From NCBI RefSeq assembly GCF_006345805.1, contig NC_042999.1:145018001-145082000 (forward strand): 64,000 nt of DNA, read 5' to 3'. The position numbers and the translations under genes were made by a program. Below the pieces are notes generated by a model. That model did not search any database. It was not told the origin of the DNA and worked only from the letters and a program-made list of their open reading frames with translations. Below are positions 11,859-21,694 of this stretch, one piece after another (position 1 is the stretch's first letter; each line of letters opens with the position of its first letter). The stretch is from Octopus sinensis. Its lineage: Eukaryota.

Positions 11859-12109
11859 TTTACTAATTTATATTCATGTTTTTTTTATAATAATTACTGG
11901 TATCCTTATATATAACTATATTTTATAGCTTATATTTTATATGCAAAGAATAATATGCTATATGTATGTATGTTATTATAATTATCAGTTTAATAAATAA
12001 ATGTTAACATTTTAATATCCAAAAGTTGATGAACCACCTACTGTTCTCCATTTTCTTATTTGCTATATATATATATATATATACATACATACAACACAAA
12101 ACGCTTATA

Positions 12110-12315
12110 AATAGTTGCTAGACCTGCTCTAACTAGTAGCCAAATCTCGTTGAAACAACACCTTATCATCTAAATAAAGAAGACTGCATTATGGTTCTGT
12201 GTACATTGTATTCCTTAAAAAATACCAGCAAAAAGACAGGATGGTCACGGTTTGGCTGACTTTGACTGCGGGTCTGTTCGATCAGTGTTGACTTGGAGCC
12301 AAACGACAACAATAA
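12110..12315 (+). mobile_element. Abundant non-autonomous interspersed repeat (gacctgctagaaatagcagccaaatct family)
   Basis: Related degenerate copies in both orientations near 9700-9850, 26150-26480, 36800-36960, 44100-44350, 47820-48200, 49380-49480, 62400-62470, 63350-63540 and 63900-63960. Confidence 0.65.
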
Positions 12316-14093
12316 CAAAATATTTAAAGTGCGTTGAGTGGTACTCAGATAAAAACACGTAATACTAGGAGCAATGGATCTGAGCATCGCACAAAATCAA
12401 CTAAAATAAGTACGATAGATCTAATCGATCGGGACTGACCGACGCTACAGAGCATCAACAGTAATAACTGTATTTGTCTTCGACAACGCGCCACATCATT
12501 TCTACAAAAGATTCACTAGTGATGCCATCCCCGATTGCCTTCCGTAGATTTAAATACCCCACCCAACCTCATCGTCCCTATCTTACCACCATCGTGATCA
12601 GTAATACTACCAGTTTTAAGCTGCAAACATTACTGAGTGTAAGAAGCGTGCGCTGCTATCACCATGGAGCAAGTTTATTAGCCAGTGAATAAATAAAAAA
12701 AAAAATCACATGCTCTATAACTATAAAAACATAAAACAATATCGCATACATTAAGTATTCACACATACACGTACACCGCATACATTAAGTATTCACACAT
12801 ACACGTACACCGCATATTTGTAGGGATAAAGCTAGATTCACGTTTAGAATCTTATATATGTATACATAAACAAATGCTTAGGCTGAAACAGAAATCCTAA
12901 GGTATATACATGGAATCATAACGATATAAACACACAAATACATAAGCACTGACAAACACACACACAAAATACATACATATATATATATACACGTACACAC
13001 ACACACATAAAGTACACAGGTGTATTAACACATTGCTGTTTCTCTTTCATTTACTTTTGATCTCACTCTTAGTTCTGTGTCTTCCCTGTCATTCGTTCAG
13101 TCATTCACATTTTCTCCTTCACCTGTCTCTTTCTTTAAGACACTCCCTCCTGTTCTCTCTCTTCTTTCCCTCCTCTTACTTTTTCTTTTTTCTATTAAAT
13201 CATTATCTTTTTCTTTCTTCTTTCTCCCTCCTTACACCTTGTGTTTACTGCCTTCCTCTCTTTCTACATTCACCATCTCACCCTTTCACTCATTCACTCA
13301 CACTCTCTCCATTTAAAATCCCCCTCTCTCTTCCTTTTTATTCACTTACACTCTCACTCACGATCTCTCTTCTGCCTTGTCCGTACTTCCCTGTCTATCT
13401 CTATTCGACCAGTAGCGGTATTCAAGAGAACTGAAGGAGGAGGAAAAAAAAAAAATATATATATATACACATATGCATATATATATTATATATACATATA
13501 CACAGCGTGTGATTTCTTAGTGCCTTAAACTGAAGCGAAAGAAGAAAATTAAAGAAACACATAGTCTAAATACACACAAGAATGCAATGAAGAAAAAGAA
13601 ATCGATGAAAAAATTCACAATTAAGCAATTATAAATAAATAATTAGAATAAACATATACAAAATATAACAAAATACGACCAACAATCATATGAAAGCAAG
13701 CAACAGCAGTAGCGGCACATTAACAATTACGATATCAACAATTATAAATAATATCATCATAAACAGTATCAGCAACGCTGACAGTAATTGCAATAATAAC
13801 AATCACGGTAAGGAAACCACGGAACAAGGATGCCTCGCATAGGATATCTGCTAAGTGACAAAAAAGAGAAAAAGTTCAACTTGGAGAAATTAGCTGTACG
13901 ATTAAGGTGAGCAATTAATTTAAAACTTGTCCACTTCCCAATTGTCTGTCTGTCTATCTATCTATCTATCTATCTATCTCTACATACATACACGCACACA
14001 GATATATATATATCTATATCTATCTATATATCAGACATACACACACACACACACACATATATATCTATATATATATATATATATATCAGACAT

Positions 14094-14125
<32 letters not shown>

Positions 14126-14132
14126 CAGACAT

Positions 14133-14164
<32 letters not shown>

Positions 14165-14171
14165 CAGACAT

Positions 14172-14207
<36 letters not shown>

Positions 14208-15915
14208 CAATCAGCCTGTCCCATACGCAAGCTTCATTGACATACATTCATTGCGTATACACAAACACATTGACATACACACATTCAAAAACAAAATTTA
14301 GAATTTATAGAAATTGGTTATGCTCTTTATCGGCAAAGAGCGGTGGGTAGCTGCTCGAAACGCCAGAATACTATATCACACACTGACTGAATTATATTAC
14401 CAATTTTATATTGTCCGTACACATTATCACACAAAGCGTACATACACAAAGATTGACACTCGCTTTCACTCTCGTATTATGCATTCATACATACACCTTC
14501 AATCACATGGTCACATTTGTACGAAACCAGCAAATATAGAAAGTAACACTCTGACACCCGCTCACACATGTAGACACCCAGAAGATACACTAAAAAAGCA
14601 TTGGGCACATAAAGTCCTCTAATTAAATTTACATTTAAACGTATACACAGTTTTATTTATCTATATACTAATGTGTATATATGTACATCCGCTTAAGTTT
14701 CACATATATACATAAACACTAATTTGACACACCAATATTCTCTTGTAAAGAGACATTTAAATGTACATTTTAACACATACACACGTTGCTAGAGCGCTTA
14801 ATCATCCAGTGAAACGTTTATCTTGCAACCCCCGCAGAACCTTTTATTTCTTCTCCGTTCTCATTTCCGAAACACACCGTTAAATATTGTAATTCACGAG
14901 GAAAAATTAGAGAATTTACGATGAAGATTGTGTATTTTCTTTTTCTTCATTCGTATAACACACATGACGATATTAACTGCCCGGTTTCAAATTTTCATTG
15001 AAACCAATATCACTGGTTCTCGTGACTTTTAAAGCTCTTAAAAAAAAAAAAAAAAAAGAACGTCACAAAATCTTGTTTTAGTCTCTGTTATAAATCAATT
15101 GAGTGCACTTTTGTCAAAAAATTAATAGGATATAAAGAAAAGAATGCTTCCTCAGGGTTGAGAGGAAGATAGGAGGGACTAGTTCGATTACTCTTTGTAG
15201 TTGGTTACCATTTATTGAACTATTAAAAAAAAAAAATTCTTTCTCTGAATCCTGTTGGACTTATAATTTTCGAATCATAGTTTATATAATTTACTCGAAA
15301 AATTTAGTTAACGTATCTCTCGATTTGGAAGACTAACACGTATATTTTCAGATTTATCTATTACTCTACAACTGCTACAACAATTAGTAGTACTAGCATT
15401 TTATTATATGAGGTCTTTTGATGATATTCTATAATTAGAAGAAGAAAGGATACAACAATACCATTATTGCTGTTTTCATTAAATATTTTAAATATAAAAA
15501 ATGACAAGCTTTATAGAAGTTCTATTACGCTGCCATCTTTAATATACTTTAAAATAGACAAAAAATGCTATGTTTAGTAAATCACATAATGTAAATATAT
15601 ATATATATATATATATTTATCAGTTATTGTTTATATTATCAAAAATTGCTTTAGACAGCTTCACGAACGAAGCGGATCAGTCAGCTGCCCTACCCTCCTT
15701 ACCATGGACAGAGTAGGAAACTAGATGCATTAATAAACCTGGATCGATACATAGGTTTACTCATATTTTCGGTATATTTGCATTGATAAAAGTATACATA
15801 CTGCATGTATGTATATAACGTATAGCTTACATTTGAATATAATGTTACACACACATGAATTTACACATAAGTAGCACTATATTCGATTTTAACTGAAAAA
15901 AACTGGAGTTCGACC

Positions 15916-15946
<31 letters not shown>

Positions 15947-16800
15947 TACATACATACACACACGCTCATGTAATTATATATATATATATACACACAGTCT
16001 ACTTGTGTGTGTAACTAGTATGTATGCACAAAAGCACAGATGCATATATATCTGCCAAACCTTATACATCCATTGGAACAAGATCGTTTGTTTCATACGT
16101 TTAAGCATATTTAAGATATATTTGCATTCATAAATGTATATGCAGTTAGGATTAGTAAATGTGTATATCAGGTGTGTGAATATGCAGACAGCTATGCAAG
16201 CATCAACACGAATACTTCTTGTACATATTATTCACAACTCTCCTTCCTACATTATCTTAAAAGCATTTTTTAATTATATTTTCTGAATTTTAATTCAGGA
16301 ATTAAATGGAAAGCGGATCAGTTTTAGAAAGCACAGATCTGTCTTAAACTTTAATCGTATTCCTTTTTCTGTATTTGAACGCAGTTCTTTCGTATTATTG
16401 TGAAACATGCAATAATTTTCTTAGTGTGTTTTGTAGTAATTTTGCATTATTTCGAAACGAAACAGAATTTGTGTAATTCTACCGGTGTTTTGTTGTGTGG
16501 TGTGTGACGTATGAGGTCACCGGTAGCCAAGGTAGATAACTAACACCACTCCCACGTGTATCGGTCTTTATCGTCATCCAAGTGTTGGAGTAGAATTTCT
16601 GTAACAAACAGTTATACTCTCACACTTGAGTATGTTCCTCCGTGTCGTTATAAATGAGTATCAGTCATTCAAGGAGTGTCCTTTGTTTTCAGGGCTCTGT
16701 AAAAACGTGCCTGGTTATTGGGAAATATCACCTCACTTGGAAACAGGTGAGGGTTCGTAGCAGGAAGGGCATCCGGACGTCATGAATTCCCTCCGACCTA
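12310..16800. promoter_or_regulatory. CpG-retaining (putatively unmethylated) region, possible promoter zone
   Basis: Unique sequence here has frequent CG dinucleotides (e.g. 12340-12660, 14320-14400, 14820-14990, 16480-16660), whereas flanking unique DNA is visibly CG-poor. Judged by eye, not counted. Confidence 0.45.
13940..14210. repeat. Compound (CTAT)n/(TA)n/(CA)n array with a repeated tcagaca spacer
   Basis: (ta)n-tcagacata-(ca)n unit repeated four times. Confidence 0.85.
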
Positions 16801-16830
16801 TACGAGCATGGAAAAGTAGATATTGAAACG
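16690..16830 (+). mobile_element. 3' part of a SINE carrying the RTE-type tail
   Basis: ttggaaacaggtgagggtt..aggaagggcatccgg..ccgacc..gcatggaaaagtagat; related copies at 25640-25780 and 29400-29545. Confidence 0.7.
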
Positions 16831-16994
16831 AGAAAGGTGTGTGTGGGTGTGTGTATATCTGTATGTATGTATATATGTGTATGTATACGTTTGTATGCAT
16901 GTATGTGTATATGTATATATATATGAATATAATGATGCAAATAAACATGCTTGGGCTTGATATATAAAATATACATACATGTAAATATATATAC

Positions 16995-18715
16995 AGTTTG
17001 GTTTTGTGCCAGGAACAAGCACCACTGATGCTATATTTCTGGTAAGATAGCTGCAGGAGAAATTCATAGCCAAAGATAAACCTCTGTATTTGGCCTTTGT
17101 TGACTTGGAGAAAGCTTTTGACAGGGATCCCCGATCCCTTATCTGGTGGTCAGTGTGGAAACTAGGGATATACAAGTGGTTGGAGAGAGCTGTACAAGCC
17201 ATGTATAAGGATGCTACCAGTAGGTGAGGGTTGGCAATGAGTACAGTGAAGAATTCAGGGTACAAGTAGGGGTTCACCAAGGATCAGTGCTCAGCCCCCT
17301 CTTGTTCATCATAGTCCTCCAGGCAATAACAGTGGAATTTATGACAGGCTGCTCCTGGGAGCTCCTCTTTGCTGATGTCTTTGCTCTAATAGCTGAATCA
17401 CTACCAGAACTAGAGAAATTTCAGGTATGGAAGCAAGGTCTAGAATCAAAGGACCTTAGAGTTAACCTAGCAAAACCAAAGTAGTAGTAAATAGGAGGGT
17501 AGACAAATCATAAATCCATTCAGGTAGATGGCAATCTGTAGGAAAGACGTAGGTAGAAACTCTATAAGATGCACCCGGTGTAAGCTTTGGACACATAAAA
17601 AGTTCCGCAATATCAGAGGAAGGTCAACAAGGAAGCTAGCTTTTGTATGTGGAAGATGCACAGGTACAATAAATACTGAAAATGTGCAGAAAATAAACTG
17701 CCAGGGAGACAAGCTAGAGGTAGTAGATAGCCTCCGTTATCTAGGTGACTGAGTTAGTAGTAGAGAGGGATACTCCGAGAGCATAGCTGTGAGGAAAAGA
17801 TTAGGCTGGCCAGCTCAGAGAGCTCCTACCTCTGTTTGCAATAAAGGGCCTTTCTCTCAGAGTGAAAGGCAGAATTTATGTGCCTGTGTGCAAACTGCCA
17901 TACTACATGGCAGTGAAACATGGGCTGTGACATTCAAGGACATGTGTAGGCGTGAAAGAAAGACAGTATGCTTTGTTGGTTCTACAATGTAAGTGTGTAT
18001 GTTCAGAGTGTAAGCATCTTGAGAGAAAAGTTAGGCATAAGAAGCAGCAGATGTGGTGTGCAAGAGAGAGAAACAAGTGTGCTGGTATGGTTATGTGATG
18101 TGTATGGACAAGGGCAGCTGTGTAAAGAAGTGCTGATCTCTAACTGTGATAGAGGTGGACCCAAGAAGACGTGATGAAGTGGTGAAGCAAGAACTTTGAA
18201 CTTTGAGCCTCACAGAGGCAATGATTAGTGACTGAGACCTTTGGTGATAGGCTGTGCTTGAGAAGTCACATCAAGCCAAATGAAATTGTAAACTTGGTTG
18301 TTGTTGGTGTCACATAATAGGTACCCATGCCAGTGGCACATTTGAGTATTGGGCCTCATGGCGACAAAGTTCCTTTCAAGCATTGGGCCGCAAAGTGGCT
18401 GAGTTCCTTTTAATTGTTGGGCCTCATGGAGGCAGTGATCGAGACCTTTGGCATTACATCATGCTTGAGAAGACCCATCAAGCTGAGCAAAATCGCAGTC
18501 ATGGCAGATAGTGGTGTCATGCAAATGGCACCCATGCTGGTGGCGCGTAAAAGCACCCATTACATTCTCGGAGTAGTTGGCGTTGGGAAGGGCATCCAGC
18601 CATAGAAAACAATGCCAAATCAGACAGGAGTCTGGTGCAGCCTCCCAACATACCAGCCCAGGTCAAACCATCCGACCCATGCCAGCATGGATGACAGACG
18701 TTAAATGATGATGAT
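16995..18715 (+). mobile_element. 5'-truncated RTE-clade LINE (RT pseudogene, 3' UTR and (ATG)n tail)
   Basis: QFGFVPG.STTDAIFLV, LYLAFVDLEKAFD, VGVHQGSVLSPLLFIIV, ELLFADV, a Cys-rich insert, LHGSETW and a tail gcatggatgacagacgttaaatgatgatg; contains stops and frameshifts. Confidence 0.95.
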
Positions 18716-18986
18716 ATATACTTCATTATTATTAAAGCTGCAAAAACATCACAAAAATATCACAAAAAACTGCTGCTTAGAGAAGGACAGTTTAGATTGA
18801 GAATGGAACAAAATAAAGATTGTATGTATAAGATATATAATTTACATTGACAGATGCACATTGGAAATTGGTTTCTTTTCATTGGTCCTTTTGAGTAACG
18901 GTTTTTTCTAATCAATGATGATAGGTTTAAAATTAGTAGTACAAGCATTTTATTATATGAGGTCTTTTGATGGTATTCTATAACTA

Positions 18987-19037
18987 GATAAGGAAACCAT
19001 GATGGTCCTCTGGCGGACATTCGTCCTCAGCCGCCTG
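18987..19037 (+). other. 51-bp internal fragment of the CR1-type LINE ORF2
   Basis: Matches 20863-20913 with 3 mismatches in 51 bp; no LINE tail. Confidence 0.85.
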
Positions 19038-19474
19038 TTTGAAAAATGACTTTAGTTAGAAAGAAGAAATGTACATACCCAGAATAAATTACTAGATGAA
19101 TTAAGTTGAATTAAAAATAGATAAAAGTAAGTCTTTATTATAATAATTTTCACTTACATAATCCAATGGCCTAAAAGTAAACACACACACATACATACAG
19201 GGAGAGAAAGAGAGAGAGAGATGTGGTGGGAGGAACAAAAACTGAAAATATTCATCAGATGATCATTTATGATTTATCATATTTATATATTTGCAGAACA
19301 GGTTTACATGGAATACAATATGTGTATACACAACAATTGCAGCGTGGAAGGTGTTTATAAGCCATTTAAGAAACACACAAAAGCCGTTCGATTCACTCCA
19401 ACATTTAAGTTTAATTTGTCAAAATATTTTCGTCGCTAAAATCCGCGACCTGTTCACTGACAAAGTCCGTGCTG

Positions 19475-19965
19475 CACGGGATGAGGTGGTGAAGCACGAC
19501 CTTCGAATGTTGGGCCTCACAGAGGCGATGTCGAGTCACTGAAACCTTTGGAGATATGCTGTGCTTGAGAAACCCCTGGCAAGCCAAGTCAGACACCTGT
19601 GCTGGTGGAATGTAAAAAGCAACATTCGAGTGTGGTCGATGCTAGTGTCGCCTGACTAGTCCTGTACCTGTGGCACATAAAACGCAACATTTGAGCATGG
19701 TTGTTGCCAGTGCTGACTGACCGGCTTGTGTACCAGTGGCACGTAAGAAGCACCATTCAAACCTGGTCGGCATCAATAGCGCCTGACAGTGGCATGTAAA
19801 AAGCACCCATAACGCTCTTTGAGTGGTTGGCGTTAAGAAGGGTATCCAGCTGTAGAAACTTTGCCTGATCAGATTGGAACCTGATACAGCCTTCTGCCTT
19901 GCCACTTCTCAGTCAAAACATCTAACCCATGCCAACATGGATAGTGGATGTTAAGTGATGATGAT
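19475..19965 (+). mobile_element. RTE LINE 3' end (WDEVVKHDL.. plus repeat-containing 3' UTR)
   Basis: Same terminal sequence as the copies at 18170-18715 and 50230-50865. Confidence 0.9.
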
Positions 19966-20049
19966 AATATAAATGTATATACATTTATGTATGTAAATGT
20001 ATATATATATGTATGTATATATAATATATATATATATATATAATATATA

Positions 20050-20083
<34 letters not shown>

Positions 20084-20097
20084 CTATGCAGAGAGAG

Positions 20098-20534
20098 AGA
20101 GTGGTTGTATAATGTCAACATAACGTGACGGTCCTGTAAAGGGAATTACACCACCGCTATATAGCCCTAGGAAGCATCGACGCTTCCTGTCGGCTTTGAC
20201 ACATTTCCTGTGTCCTTATATTTGCAAAGAGGAGGCGAGCACCCCCACCAGCTAGGACTAGCAACCTGAAGACATGCATGTTTCTGGATTTTGCCCGTCA
20301 TCGGTCCAGGGTAGCAAGTCCCGCTAGCGGTGATACTTGCCAAGCCACCGCAAATATATATATTTACAGTGAAATCTACTCACTGGTCACCGTAATTAGA
20401 AATATTGAATTTCTAAATGTCTCATAGAGACATGAGCAGTGGTGGCGCAATAGAGTGGTTGTATAATGTCAACATAACGTGACGGTCCCGTAAAGGGAAT
20501 TACACCACTGCTATATAGCCCTAGGAAGCATCGA
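20098..20534 (-). mobile_element. 354-bp hammerhead-containing unit with an 83-bp terminal direct repeat (retrozyme-like, or PLE terminal repeat)
   Basis: 20098-20180 equals 20452-20534 with 2 mismatches (period 354). No credible ORF, many hairpins, and one HHR at 20265-20310. Confidence 0.8.
20251..20328 (-). ncRNA. Type I hammerhead ribozyme with variant core CCGAUGA and extended stem I
   Basis: Minus strand CCUGGA-CCGAUGA-CGGG/CAAAA/UCCA-GAAA-CAUGCAUG-UC^UUCAGG. Stem I CCUGGA/UUCAGG is extended after an internal loop by GGACU/AGUCC and GCUAG/CUAGC. Palindromic ACAUGCAUGU stem III, GUC triplet (cut between 20271 and 20270). Confidence 0.75.
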
Positions 20535-21499
20535 TGATACGAAAGTCTTGCAGAAAATACAGAACCCCAGCAATGTTGCACACCTGCAGCAGGAGTTGGA
20601 TTCAATGTACAGATGGGCTGAGGATAATAATATGCAGTTTAATGCTGAAAAATTCCAGGCCCTGCGCTACCAGCATCCAAAACTGAATATTAAACTTACA
20701 GGGTACACCGGTCCACAGGGAATTTCAATCCCAGAGCCTAAGTTAGTGAGGGACCTGGGTATTGACATGAGTGATGATACCTCTTTCCAAGTGCACATTA
20801 CCAGGATGGCGACAAAGTGCAGACGACTGGCTGGCTGGATCCTAAGAACATTCAGAACCAGAGATAAGGAAACCATGATGGTCCTCTGGTGGACATTCGT
20901 CCTTAACCGCCTGGATTACTGCTCACAGCTATGGTCACCCACCAGTGTGAACTTAACAGCGGACCTTGAAGCAATCCAGAGAAGATTCACAAAGAAGTTT
21001 GTCTCTTTGCAACAGCTCAGCTACTGGGAAAGGTTGAAACAGCTAAGACTCTACTCCCTGGAGAGAAGACAGGAGAGGTATGCAGTAATGTATATCTGGA
21101 AGATCCTGGAAGGAATTGTGCCAAATTTTGGCATTGAAAGCTACACCAATTCCAGAATGGGATGACACTGCATAGTACCAAAGATCCCAGCAATGCCATC
21201 ATGCTTCAGGACCAGTTACAGCAACAGCCTGGGTTTCAAGGGCCCACAGCTTTTTAATATTCTCCCAAAGAGTCTGAGGAACTTGCATGAAGTGGTTTTT
21301 AAATCAAAGCTGGACCTCTTCCTGTCGAGAGTCCCAGATGAACCTACCTCACGGCAAGAGGTGCAAATGAGGGTAGCTATATCAAACTCCATTCCTCACT
21401 AAGTGCCACATATTAGAGGAGGCTCTTAGTAATAACAGTGAAGCACAAAACGGCGGTGCATCAGCATGGCCACAGCTCTGAGCTGAAACCAAAATAAAA

Positions 21500-21500
<1 letters not shown>
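20531..21500 (+). mobile_element. 5'-truncated CR1-group LINE (RT C-terminus, 3' UTR stem-loop)
   Basis: Begins at gat gat acg aaa gtc (DDTKV of the catalytic motif); ..LDSMYRWAEDNNMQFNAEKF..VRDLG..RLDYCSQLWSP..LEAIQRRFTK..SLERR; one stop at 21163-21165, then ..FNILPKSLRN..FKSKLDLFLSRVPDEP. Confidence 0.93.
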
Positions 21501-21578
<78 letters not shown>

Positions 21579-21598
21579 TATGTATATATACATACATA

Positions 21599-21680
<82 letters not shown>

Positions 21681-21694
21681 GTATATAGATACAT

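Noticed and set aside
13033-13528. Overlapping hydrophobic ORFs
   Set aside because: They come from a CT-rich low-complexity tract and have no protein-like composition.
20266-20285. Plus-strand CTGAAGA-catgcatg as a hammerhead core
   Set aside because: No downstream GAAA on that strand; it is the complement of stem I, the cleavage site and stem III of the minus-strand ribozyme.
20436-20512. tRNA-like cloverleaf closed by AGCAGTGGTG/CACCACTGCT
   Set aside because: No canonical T loop or anticodon arm; better explained as one multibranch domain of the 354-nt unit.
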